A stretch of DNA of 64,000 bases from Amoebidium appalachense (lineage: Eukaryota > Protista > Ichthyosporea), in NCBI GenBank assembly GCA_963693365.1, contig CAVNZM010000009.1, forward strand, positions 1,738,231-1,802,230, in the 5' to 3' direction. Position numbers and translations under genes: made by a program. This document shows, one piece after another, positions 23,476-46,310 of this stretch. Position 1 is the stretch's first letter; each line of letters begins with the position of its first letter. The notes below the pieces were generated by a model. It searched no databases and was not told where the DNA came from. It worked only from the letters and a program-made list of their open reading frames with translations.

Positions 23476-24862
23476 ATGTGTGCATGAATTCCCGTGGGTG
23501 CAGGTGTGTTGCGTGTGTGCGAGTACGAGGGCTTACATGGCTGGGAGTGTGTGGCTTTTTGTGGAAAAAAAAAAAAGGAGGGGAGAGGGGGGGGGGGGGG
23601 ATGAGGGAGCCCCAAAGAACAAGGGGAGGAGGAGGAAGGGGGGGGGGGGGGGGGGGGGGGGAGAGCGGGGGAGAAGAGGGAAATACTTGGGTTCGAGCAG
23701 GAATCAAAGTACACACACACACACACGCGCGCGCGTACACACACACACACACACACACATACCACTCGTCCCCCCCCCCCCCCCCCCCCCCCCCACCCAC
23801 CCACACCCACCCAACCCTCCCGTCCCCCCCCACCCACCAATCCCCTCCCTCCGCCCCCCCCCCCCTTCCCCCTCCCTCCCTCCCTCCCTCCCTCCCCCCC
23901 CCTCCCTCCCCCCCTTCCCCCCCCTCTCCCCCCTCCCCCTCCCCCCCCACCACCACCCACCCACCCACCCACCCACCCACCTTGGTGCGGCCTCATACAA
24001 TGCTATCCCATGGTCCACGGCAATCACCTCATCCTCCGTTCCCTGAATCACAAGCACAGGGCAGCTAACCTTGCCCATACGATCAATGTTGGGAAATATG
24101 TCGCAGCAGTAGGTGCTGGTGACTGTAGGTACAAGCACACGGATACCTGAAAAATTGGATATGGGTGTTAGACGGAATGGGAGGAGTGAGAGGGAATGAT
24201 ATTGCTGGTGTAAAATTGAAGACAAGGAGGGACAAGGCAACGAAGGGATTGGGGATAACATGAATTTGGGTAAGTGCGTGTTTGTAGAGGGGAGGGAGGG
24301 AGGGGGGGGGGGGGGGGGGGGGGGGGGGCTTGCTAATAAGTGGGGACGAGGAAACAAAAAGCTGCACGTGAACACTTGCCTGTGACGAAAAAACGAATGT
24401 CAGGGGAAAGGGACAAAGAAGGATCAAGCTCTATTCGGTAAAGGTTTTGGGTGTGAGGTGATCAAGACATGGGATGGATTAAAGCTACCATCTAGCACCT
24501 GTTCGTAAAGTCAAAGAACGCGGATACGCAGACATACACCAAAAAGTAAACAGTATGGATTGGATGTGTGCCTACACATGCGTATAAAGGCGCACGTGAA
24601 TGCGTGCATGCAGCTACCTGGCACACAATGCACACCTAACGCACACGTGTTTGCCTATGACCGCACACCGATCCGCGTTTAAATACGTCACACATGCACA
24701 CCTACCGGACATGAGGGGGGCATGCAGGACCAATGCTGCAGCCGGCTGCTTTGTGGTGATGTACACTGATGGCCCACTGCCCGAACACACCAAGGTGTCA
24801 GTTGCATGTCTGCCCGACCACACATGTGCAGCACGGTCCTCGTATGTCCCCCCCTCACCCTC

Positions 24863-24918
<56 letters not shown>

Positions 24919-24923
24919 TTCCC

Positions 24924-24960
<37 letters not shown>

Positions 24961-26485
24961 ACACACACAAAAAAAAAAACCTCTCCACGGTTTCTTTGAC
25001 TAATACCCAACTCTGACAAGGCGTGCATAGCCATTCACCAACCATCAGCACACTTCTGCCTAATAGCATACGTAAGGAAACCCACTACCATTTTTACCTC
25101 ATTCAAGTAACAAAGCTACCCCCGCCCACGCCCCCTCCCCCGACCCTCCTCCGCCATGACCCGTATCCCCCAAACCAAACCGTATGTAGGCGGTGTTCAG
25201 AAAATACACACAGCAAGGGAAAGACACACAAGCCTTCCCCGCTGGAACCAATAGGGCTAGACAGCCGCTTAAAAAAAAAAAAAAGCCGTGATTGTGTATA
25301 GATAGTTGTCTGGACTTTATCTTTTTGACAGATGTGTATCCATCCACTCGGTATGTCTGTGCCCGTGTGTGTACATCCGTAATTGACGGAATGCACACAT
25401 GTGCATGGATGTGATAAATGTTTATGTGCGTGTGAGTAACTGAGGGGTAGCAGTTTTTTTTTTTTGTGTGTGTGTGTGCCTGTGCGTGTACATGCACATG
25501 CGTGCGTGCAAGTGTGTGAAAACGCAAGCCATCAGCATGTGTGTGGCCAAGTGTATGCACGTGCACGTACCAGCACACACGGCAACCACCCACCTGCCTA
25601 TGCTCTGGCCGTACACAATGATTTTCTCGGCTGCCACACTGAACGTCTTTTTCAGATACTGTTGAGAACATAATTCCGAATATTTCAGTCAGCCCACCAA
25701 CATGTTCCAGCATGCAAAGCAGAACAACCATTAAACGAGCCCAGATTTCAAGAATGAATTTGTATGCAACAGGTGAAGTGATGATAGCTTTGAAAATATG
25801 ACTCACACAGAAAAATGACTCGAAGATAAAATAAATAGGGGAAATGGCGTAACTTGCTGCGTCGGTTTAAAAAAAGAAAGGGAAGCAGAAGGAGAGCCAA
25901 GGGGCGCGCGCGGGGGGGAGGGGGGAGAGGGGGAGAGGGGGAGGGGGGGGGGGGGGGGGGGAGGGGAGGGGGCAAATAATGCAAATGGAGGGAACATTAT
26001 GGGACAGAGCTGGGCGCAGATGGTGACAGGTGGGAGGGTTATAGTCATTGAGAAAGTAGCAGAAAAAGGTTTGTGGAAGGCGAGGCAGCCAGGGTAGCTG
26101 GAGGAGGAGGAGGAAGGACCGGGGGGGGGGGGGGGGGGGGGGGGGGGTGAGGGAGGCAATGCATGGTACAGAGACAAAAAGGTTCACTCATAACAAGGGT
26201 GCATGGTGCATGTACATGTGGTATGCTAGGCTATACGTGCAGAAGACAGGGGTTAACACCAGCAGAGCTTAAAATGGGGGGCAAACACGGTGCTCATCGG
26301 AAGGGTGTGCGTGTGTGTGTGCCCTCTTTTTTTGCTTGGAGGGTGTGTGTGTGTGTGTGTGTGTGCCCTCTTTCTTTGCTTGGAGGGCGTGTGTGTGTGC
26401 GTGTGCCCTCTTTTTTTGCTTGGAGGGTGTGTGTGGGGTGGGGGTAGGCGGGTGTGTGTGTGTGTGGGTATGTGTATGTGTGTGT

Positions 26486-26519
<34 letters not shown>

Positions 26520-27650
26520 TGAATGCGTCAAAAAGTACGAAGTACACAAGAGCAAACGGATAACACGATGCAGAATGCAAGCCATACATAAAGAGTATGC
26601 ATAATAAGCAGAGCCCATCCTCAGGGGGGGGCCACGTCATCCACAGTACCCGAGTTTCGACCTATTCACCTCGTTACCGAAACCCAACTCAGATACTGTT
26701 TCACCGGGGGGGGGGGGGGGGGGGGGAATGCCGTGCCCCCTGTAAATCAAGAAAGACAACATAGTGCAGGAACCCTTTTTTCCTTTGTTTCTATTTTTTT
26801 TTTTTTTTTGGGGGGGGGGGGGAGGGGGGGGAGGGAGGGGGAGGATATCGATAGACAAATGCAGGAGGGCAAGGGAGAGCAAGGGACACAGGGCACCCAC
26901 GTTATAGGCAGCCTCGATATCTTTGCATGCATTGCTCTCAGATGGCTGCCCAGTTGACCCCCCGTACCTGCCACCAAACCCATCAACATCCGAACAGTAA
27001 ACCACCACTCTCGTGCCCCATTTGAATCCCCTCCCCCTCCCCCCCCTCCCCGCCCCCTTCTCTCCCCCCCCCCCTCCCCCCCCCCCGGTTACCCATCCCT
27101 TTCTCTCCCTCGCACTTCAACCCCCCCCCCCCCCCTCCCCCCCCCCCCCCCCCCCCCCCCTCAGCCATCATAAAGGACATTTGTGATACCCACCCGCTAT
27201 AGTCGTAGGCAAAGATGTTGACCTGCAGCTCAGCACTCAACTGCCGAAAGAATTCCAGCATCTGCAAACCAAACCAGCAACCATGAGTGCATGCTGGGCT
27301 GCAAGGGAACTGCACAAACTCTGCTCGCCCCTTAACCCGCTACCCCCTTCCCCCCCCCCCCCCCCCCCCCCTCTCCCCTCCCTCCGAGTAAAGCTCCTCC
27401 GCCCCTCCTCCCTTCCCCCAACCAACCACTCTTTCCTCCCCTCATGCCCTCACCGACCGTCTTCTCCAAAAACCCCTTTTGAATAAAACCAAAGCATGCG
27501 GGCTCACGTATACCTGTGCTCGGCCAAGCCTTCACACACATATACACCTAATACAACCCACACCACCACAAAATGCACCCCGTCTTGCACACACAGACAT
27601 CCCAACCAAAATATTCTGTCAGGAAAGCACACACACACACACACACACAC

Positions 27651-27696
<46 letters not shown>

Positions 27697-28714
27697 CACA
27701 AAAACACCGGGCCTAACCTCTCTCTCACACAGACATAATACACAAGATCCTCTTTCCCCCCACTCCATCCCCCACAAAAAACCCACCACCACCCCTCACC
27801 TTCCCTCCTTCCACCTCTCCCCCTGCCGTCTTTCCCAGCGTTTCATCTATACAAACAAATCCTCCATTTACCTGGCCAAGGTCGACAGCATTTCCATGGC
27901 TGTATAGGATGGTGTAGTCTGCTGGAACCTCGGGAGTAAAGTGAAACGCTGCTATGGTGTTCCTGCTCTTGGAACGGAACGTGTGCAGGGTCACCCGTTC
28001 TGGAAGCTTGTAGATGCAATAGTTGTTGTTGTCTGGCATCAGGAGATGCATTCTGTTTTGTCTGCGCAAAAGGGAACTGGCTTTAGAACAAGCAGTCTAC
28101 GTAGCTGTGGCTATTGATGTTTTCCTGAGTAAACAAACGTGCAGATCTACAGGTTTTAGGACATTTCAAATGGAAATTCTGTTCGGTCATTAAGAACAAA
28201 GCCCTTACTTCTGTTACGAACCTAGCACTATAGAGAAACACTTACAAAGCAAGGCAGGGAAGGCGAGGTGGGAAGGTGGGTTTTCGGGGCGAGGGGGGGG
28301 TGGGGTTTAAAAAGGTTTCATGGAGCCTGTCAAGAAGTGCGCATTTGAACGCATAGGTAAAAAAAGAAAAAAGCAGCCCGGAGTTGTTGTGCATGTGCAT
28401 GCTACTCGCTTTTATATCAACCAGACCGTTACCTGTCCCCAAAACCTACCTGTCCGCAAAACAAGTTTGAGATCTTACCTCACTGTATATGAGGCTGGTT
28501 TTGGAGGCAGGAAGGCGAGCTTCGCCGCTATCCTTGACGGTATGGGAGGGCAGCAGAACAGGCAGCACAGTGCTGGAGCGGGAATAAAACAGTTATAAAC
28601 CACCTAACATGATGGTAAACACAACACACGTGGGATGCCAAGTCGAAGCTGGGAGGGGATGCTCAACGCCACGGGGTTCAGAGGGTATGTGCACCCACCT
28701 GAGAAGGCGCCCAT
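23305..28714 (-). CDS. ABHD17: Alpha/beta hydrolase ABHD17 (protein depalmitoylase); ~9 exons (28714-28699, 28572-28479, ~28061-27871, ~27261-27194, ~26967-26901, ~25658-25594, ~24777-24708, ~24146-23981, ~23422-23305)
   Basis: N-terminal [58 protein letters not shown], nucleophile GQSIGSGP, acid residue in GTEDEVI and His in GAGHNDLE. Confidence 0.95.
26516..26699 (-). repeat. Structured intronic repeat family, copy B (ABHD17 intron, sense orientation), including a 14-bp hairpin stem
   Basis: Matches copy A. Arms ACAGTATCTGAGTT (26699-26686) and AACTCGGGTACTGT (26656-26643) pair fully with two G-U wobbles. Confidence 0.85.
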
Positions 28715-29441
28715 TTTGTATCGGTCAGTCGGAAGCAGTATTAGTGCGAAAATTAGAACTACGTCGCTCACTGAAGTTAGGGTCGGAAAGCTCAGATTAA
28801 TAGGAACGACACGTGTAGCTCAGCCTTTACCAGGCCTTATAATTCCTATGAAAGAAAGCGTGTTCGTAGTGATGCTGTTGCGCACAGGAACGGGAAGGAA
28901 TGGTGTTGTTCACACGTCCAGAAAACAAAACTCATGCTCGTATGAATTTTTCTTTGCAGCAAAAGGCCAGTTTATTATTCTCACTAACGTAGATGGATCT
29001 TGTAGCTTTTCACTTTTTTCCCTTCCTGCAACAGAGTAGAAAAGAAAAGAAACTAAGGAAGGTCTGTCTGAGGCTGCCTGAACTGGGAGCAGCTTACCTT
29101 TATATAGGGTCGAGTGTCGCCAAAGGCCAAGGTCATTGGCTACCTTCAGGAAAATCTAGCTATATATGGTATCAATAAAATGAAATATGATTGGTTCATT
29201 AGATTTCACTTGGCGGTACATCTCGTCTTGTGATTGGTCAGATGTTATCGCGTTGGAATTTGGCGCACACGAGGAATCTTCACGCGCACGCACAGTCAGG
29301 CACACCACGGCCCTGCCGTGGGCACACTCACAAAGAAAGGCAGCAGAAAAGTGGATAGAAGGTTACTGGGATGTGTAGGTTTTGAAGGGTAGCTTTCTAA
29401 TAACTCCACGTTAGTACTAGGTGTGCTCGTATAATTACGAC
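28715..29441. promoter_or_regulatory. Putative bidirectional promoter between ABHD17 (-) and glutamate 5-kinase (+)
   Basis: Head-to-head ATGs ~730 bp apart. The interval is free of homopolymers and has inverted CCAAT boxes TGATTGGT at ~29188 and ~29231. Confidence 0.5.
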
Positions 29442-39454
<10,013 letters not shown>

Positions 39455-39601
39455 CAACCTCTCCCCCCCCCCCTCCCCCTCTTCCCCTCCTCCTTCCCTC
39501 TTTTTCCTCTGTTTGCTAGGCTAAGCTTAGTGCTTGCAGCAACACCCCCCCCCCCCCCCCCCCCCCCCTCCTCCTCCCCCCTCCCCCTCCCCTCCCCCAC
39601 C

Positions 39602-39680
<79 letters not shown>

Positions 39681-40776
39681 TCACTCACTCACTCACTCAC
39701 CATGGGATAAGAGAAACAAAACAATCCTCAGCCCCTTGATCTTGAATCAAATGTAAGCTCGAGAATCTTCAGTAACCACGATTTATAGTCTATAGGGCTG
39801 AGCCATCGACTGGCTCCTTTTATGAAATGGTTTCGCAATACCAAACAAGATTATTTCCAAATTAATCTGCTCTTGTGCCGTTAATGTCTCAACTCTAATT
39901 TTATTCTTTTGGTAGCATTGCATTAGAACTTTGTGTGTTCAGTAATTCTTCTGTAATGTGATTGGTAATGAATGTTGTTCTTATGTGTTCATTTAAAGGT
40001 TCCCGCTGTGATGTTTGAATTTCAATCTGAATTCCGTAAACCTGTTTTGATATTCCCAATTTGTTTTTGCATATCTCGACATGATCGTTTCTATTCAGGC
40101 TCATGGCAAACACGCACGATACCTTCCTATCCTATTTCTGACTGCCACCGTGTAGCTCTGGCGTGTATCCCAATTTTGAATTTCGTATATATCTATCAAG
40201 TCTTTTGACTGTAGAGTCTGGGAAGTTCATCTGTGAACTGTTTGGAGCGTCACCGTACTATAGTAGAATCCCACCTGCTTTTGATCGAGTACCAAATATC
40301 CAGGGCTGAATCCGTAATTCCAAGTTCGTAAACTAGTAAACATGTGTTGACCCAACCGAAAAAAAAAACGAGCAGGGCAATGCATTTGATCAATCACATG
40401 ATTCGTGCATGATAAGCTCGCCCCCCCCAAAAAAATAAAAAAATAAAAAAAAAGGGTGGGGAGGGGGGAGGGGGGGGATCTGAGATAATTCTGTGTCCGC
40501 GCGGCCTCAGGCTCCGGGGGATTAATTAAAGGAAATGGGGGGGAGAGGGGGGGGGGGGGGGGGGGGGGGAAGGTAATAATATTACAGAGAAGGGAATTTT
40601 GCGGGCCTGGCACATGCATTATCAATTGTGGTGCTTTTGCGTACGGGCGCGTGCAATGTGCATGCAAAGGAGATGGGTCGAAACTTCGACTGAGGGAGCG
40701 GCCAATATACGTAGCGCAGATACCCCACACACATGGCATTGAATTGTACCGCCGATCCATCATCAATCGACCAATT

Positions 40777-40834
<58 letters not shown>

Positions 40835-41197
40835 GAATGCGTTTCATCCGCCGCGGGGGGGGGGGGGGGGGGGGGGGAGGCAGAAATTCTACCCCCAGCT
40901 GCAGATCTAGAAAGGAAGGAAGGGTTGTTTACAAGTAGGTCTGGGCGCCCGCGCAGCGGGCGCCAAATGAAGCTGGGGTTTAAAATCTTAGTGTCTGAAC
41001 CCCCTACAACTTACACTATTTTTAGTGCGACCGGTACCAGCACAATACAAAATAAATGCATCATTTGATTATTGACGAAACTTAGCTGGCGTCCCTGGTG
41101 TACATGCTGATTTGTGTTGGGTCCCCGCTTCCCCCCTCCCTCTCCCCCCTCCCCCGCCTCTCCCCCCACCCCCACCCCCCTCTGTCTCCCACTGCAG

Positions 41198-41962
41198 TGT
41201 TGGAGTACACTGGTACTCCCGGCTAGCAATGTCTGTTAGAGAAAGTTTCTGAGCAATTGAATAATTGTTTCAACACTCACTCGAGTGCATAGAGCTTTTG
41301 TTTACGGTCATATTCATATATGGTAGTTATATGTTTGAGCCAAAACTGTACCAATGACGAGCTTCATTAGCAACGTGCTAATTGTGCTCATTAATTAATA
41401 TTCCCGGTTCAGATGATGTCATGTTTATATTTGCCACAGGATTCTATTCTTAGAGTGGTAGTGTGCTTTATTCCCGGATATTCTCAGAATATTTTTAGTT
41501 GTGTGAAGTAAGATTTACGTTTAACTGTAATTGGTGTGTTAAACACGTTTATTTGTGTGCTTTAGTGCAAGTTAACTAGCCACTCAACGTGCACAGTTAA
41601 CTTTTATATCTTTAACGACTTGTTTTCATTGTGCTCTCTTTTCGGCCATGCTGTACATGGCCCACCACCAGGGTGCACACGAGGCCACCATGAGGTGGCC
41701 AACGACTATATAAAGCAGTGCCTCCCATGTCACAAACATGGGAAGCAGAACGTTTGATTTACACTTTTCTACTGTCGTTTTCAGTGCACAAAACACATAG
41801 ACAAGTTACCCATCATACACGACACTATGTCTGACAACTTACAGTTGCAGCAACTAGTCCAACTACTGGAGCAGAGGTTGGCCTCACAAGATGCAATCAT
41901 TTCTGACTTACAGAAGGAACAACGTGCACTAGAACTAGCTTCTATGAACACAATGTCCAACA
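41198..41962 (+). repeat. copia 5' LTR (TATATAA at ~41708; contains the gag start codon at 41827)
   Basis: Direct repeat of 46311-47075 with terminal inverted repeat TGTTGGA/TCCAACA. Confidence 0.97.
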
Positions 41963-44900
41963 GGGTTATGGGCCCCTCACGTAATGATTCCATCAAGTTC
42001 AAGGTCGACATCCCTCTCTTCACTGGCAATGATAATGATTCAGGCACGGACTACCACACATGGGCCGAAACCATGTATGTCCAGCTTTCTGGTGCTGGTC
42101 TTCTCCACACCATCGCGCCCAGTACGGAGCACCCGGCTACCCGTGAACAGGTCGACACTGCCCGTTCCTACCTGTGGCAAGCACTCTCGGTTGACGTGCG
42201 TTGTATCCTAGGGTTAACACGCACCACCACACCTGCGGAGATACGGTCGGCCCTATCTGCCCACTACCTGGAGCAATCTGAGGCCAATCAGTACGACCTT
42301 ATCGGGCTGTACATGAATTCTACGCCTGAACCTACGGACACCGCGACGAAATACGCCATGAAACTCCGCGGCTACGTGCGGCGCCTGGCCGATTACGGCA
42401 CACAAATTGGTGATGCTCAAGTGCTGACCAAGCTCACCAACGACCTCGGCAAGGTGCCTTACTACGAAATGCCTGTCATTGCCTACAAGATGACACCCAA
42501 GCCTACCGTGATGGGCCTCCTCCAACAGCTACGGGCATATGAGACCAGCCACCCACGTGCACGTGTGACTACCAGCTCCGGGCCGGCCGCCTTCACCACA
42601 CGGGCTCCTCAACCTGTCATCTGCCACGGCTGCGGCAAACCAGGCCACATCAAGTCTCAGTGCCCCAACGGCAACGGCCAACACAGCAACTCTGGCAACA
42701 ACCGTGCCAGCACCTACCCCAAGGGTTCCTGCGTCAACCACCCACTGTCTACCAGTCACACTACCGCCATGTGCAAGGGGGGCAACCGTGCCAACGGCCG
42801 CAAACCTAAGGGTGGTCCCCTCCCGCCTGGGTCCTGCATCAACCACCCTGCCTCTACTACCCACACTACGGCACAGTGCAAGGGGGGGCTGCCGCTCCCC
42901 GGGCTTTCCTCATGTCTAGCAACGACTGTGGCACCAACAAGGTGCTCCTCGACTCTGGAGCCACTGACCATGTGTGCCCCCGGCCCGATGTGTTCGTCAA
43001 CATGCGTGCGGCGCCTTACTCCACGGTCCAAGTAGCCGACAAGGGTGCATGTGCAGTGCTTGGGGTGGGCGACGTGTTCTTTTCCAGCACCATCGACGGC
43101 GTTACTGCGGTGCATCAGCTGACGGATGTACTCTACGTGCCCTCCATCCCCGACACTCTCATCAGTGTGTTCACGGCATCTACCAACGGCGTTTTACCCC
43201 GCTTTGACACCCGCGGCGGCGTTAAGTTGTGCTACGGCGATCAAATTCTGGCCACCGGCTCGGCTGTCGGCACCAAGCTGTACCACATGGCGGTGTCTCT
43301 TCTGCGCGCGGACACAACCCCAAACACCCAAACCACCACTGCTCCGCGTATCCTCAAGGTTACTGCCGACCTCAACACGTGGCACTACCGTCTGGGCCAT
43401 GCTGGCATTGACGCTGTACGCTCGGTCATCAAGTCTGCAGGCCTGTTGGTGGGTGGCGGTGCCAAGTCTCCGGGTGTGTGTGAGCCCTGTGCCCTCGGCA
43501 AAGCCCACCGTGTTGCCTTCTCCGAATCAACCAGCCAAGCTCCCCGGGTCCTAGCCAAGGTTCACAGCGACATCAGCGGCCCCTTCCCTCCCGCGATCGG
43601 TGGTGCTCAGTACTTGGCGACGTTCCACGACGACTTCACCGGCCACACCACGGCCGTGCCCCTCGTCAAGAAGTCGGACACACTGGCTGCATATGTGACG
43701 TACCACAAGGCGGCGGTTACCCAACACGGTGTTCCCATGCAGGTGTTTCAGTCCGACGGGGGGGCGAGTACATGGGCACGGCCTTCGGGGACTACAACCG
43801 TGAGCACGGCATTCGCCATCAGATCACTACCACCGGCTCTCCTCAACAGAATGGGACTGCCGAACGACTGAACCGGACCCTCCTCGACATGGTTCGGGCA
43901 CTCCTGCAGCAGTCCGGCCTTCCGGTGGGATTCTGGGCCGAGGCAGCTGTGACCGCGGCTTTTATACGCAACATGCTCCCGTCGCGAGCCACCGGCAGCC
44001 AATCGTCTCCCGCCCTGCTGTGGACCGGCATTCCTCCCGACTACAGCCGGCTCCGTGTCTGGGGCTCTCCCTGCTACGTCCATCAACAGGATACACCGAA
44101 ACTGGCGCCTCGTGCCGTCAAGGGCATCTTCGTGGGCTACCCTCCTAACATCAAGGGCTACAAGGTCTGGATTCCAGCAGCACACAAGATGACCGTCAGC
44201 CGTGACGTGCAGTTCGACGAGGCTGCTATTCTGCACCCCCTCCGTGATGTCCCATCTGATTGGTCGACCGCACCGGCAATTCATCATTTTTTGGAGTCAT
44301 CTGATTCGTCAAATCAGCCAGCCAATCACATCGTCCGGAATGATCAGCAATCTGATTCGTCTCGTCTGTCAGCCAATGGGACAGCGCCGAGTGATCAATT
44401 GGACATTCCGATCCTGCCCGAGCCTGCACATCGGCTCCCCCGGACGACCCGTAGTGGCGCTGTGTACAACGACCAACGTCGAGGCCCGACTGCCAACGTG
44501 GCTGCTGCTACGGCCCCCCTTGCCTCCCAGGCTACGGCTCCTGCATCAACACCCATCAAGGCTTCCACCATTGTTGTCCCCAAGACTGTCCGGGCTGCAC
44601 TCAAGAGTCCCCAGCGTCTGAAATGGGAGGAGGCTGCACACCGTGAGCTCAAGGCCCTGGAAGACAACGGCACCTTCACCCTTGTGCCCCGTCCAGAGGA
44701 TGGCTCCACTGTCATTCCGGTCGGCTGGGTCTTTACGGTCAAGCAGGACAACGTCGGCAACGTCACTGCTTTCAAGGCCCGGCTTGTGGCCCGGGGCAAC
44801 TACCAGCAGCCTGGCCAGGACTATTTCGTCACCGAGTCACCTGTGGCTGCGCTGGCTACCATCCGGCTGGTTTTGGCTACCTCCGTGGCCCAAGGTCTGC

Positions 44901-46255
44901 CTCTGCGCCACATCGACGTCAACACAGCATTCCTCAACGGCACCGTCAACGAGACCATCTACATTGAGCAGCCCCCTGGCTTCGTCAACCCCTCGGCCCC
45001 CCATGCTGTCGGCTTGCTCCACAAGGCGCTCTACGGCCTAAAACAGGCACCGCGCCAGTGGTATGAGGCCCTCCGTGACCATCTCCTCGACCAAGGCTTC
45101 ATTGTGAGTGCTGCTGACCCGTGCCTGTTCATCAAGAATGCCGGGACCCCAACGTTTATTGCCCTTGCTGCCTACGTGGATGACTTCACCGTGACGGCCG
45201 CCACTGATGCGCTCATCGACGATTTTTTCACCAAGCTGGATGCTCGTTTCTCTGCCAAGGACCTGGGTCGTCCTACCCTGCTCATCGGGCACACTCTTAC
45301 CTGGCTGGAGGACGGGTCTCTGCGTCTGGGCCATCGTCAACACATCATCGACTTGGCTGCCCGTTTTCGTCTCACCCACATGTCCGGCACCAAGACCCCC
45401 ATCTTCCCGGGCCAGGCCAGTGAAAGCAACAAGACCCCAGCCCACAGCAAGAAGGAGGACTATGCCAGCCTGGTCGGTGCCCTGCTGTGGATTGCGCGTA
45501 CCACCCGCCCCGACATTTCCCAGGCTCTGGGAGTCCTTACTCGACACATTCATGCGCCCACCGTCACCCACTGGACTATGGCTACCAGAGTTGTAAGCTA
45601 CCTGCTGGCCACCATCGACCTGGGTATTGTCTACCGTCCCGGCCCCCCCACCCTTGTTGGCTACTCCGACTCCGACTACGCCGAGGACCACGACACCCGG
45701 CGCTCCACCACGGGCTATGTCTTCTTCATCAACTCCTCCCCTGTGTCCTGGGTGTCTCGGCTCCAGTCCATCACCACCCACAGCTCCACTGAGGCTGAAT
45801 TTGTGGCCATGTCTGCTGCTACGAACGAGGCCATATGGCTCAACTATGTGATGGACGACCTGGGCCTTAATCCTATCGATGAGCCCACCCCGGTGCCCAT
45901 CCATGGGGACAATGAGTCTGCCCGGGCCCTGCTGGACACCCTGGGGGTTAAGCCCAAGACCAAGCACATCGACGTCCGCTACTGCTCCGTCAAGGAACAT
46001 CACCTGCTGGGCAACATCACTGTGGTCCCGGTGGCTTCTGCTGACAACAAGGCCGACATGTTCACCAAGGCACCCTGTCTGCCTCTTTTTTCACCAAGGC
46101 CGTGGGGATGCTCAACATGTGCTGAGCACCCGTCATCAACCAACTGCGCCCTCATACTTCAGGGGGGGGAGAGAGTTGCATCCGACTGTGCAACTACGTG
46201 TACCATACTAAAATTGAGTAGGGGAATCTTTATTGTCTGTATTTTGTGCACCTGA
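41827..46255 (+). CDS. copia gag-pol polyprotein, split in the assembly by -1 shifts at G7 runs (42882-42888, 43758-43764) and possibly at a T-run near 46086
   Basis: Zinc knuckle CHGCGKPGHIKSQC, protease LLDSGATDH, integrase WHYRLGH...CEPC, VHSDISGP, SDGG(G)EY, QQNGTAER, RT KARLVARG, KALYGLKQAPRQW, YVDD and RNase H YSDSDYA...KHIDVRY...ADMFTK. Confidence 0.93.
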
Positions 46256-46310
46256 AGCACTCGAGCTCAGTTGCATTAATTCATACCACAATTATCCAAT
46301 TGAGTAGGGG

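Noticed and set aside
26300-26432. Three copies of a ~40-bp GT-rich unit (GTGCCCTCTTTT..TTGCTTGGAGGG) in an ABHD17 intron
   Set aside because: Ordinary microsatellite-associated minisatellite without splice or structural signals.
45038-46003. 321-aa antisense ORF in copia RT/RNase H
   Set aside because: Expected shadow ORF from C-ending codon bias; no recognisable domain.
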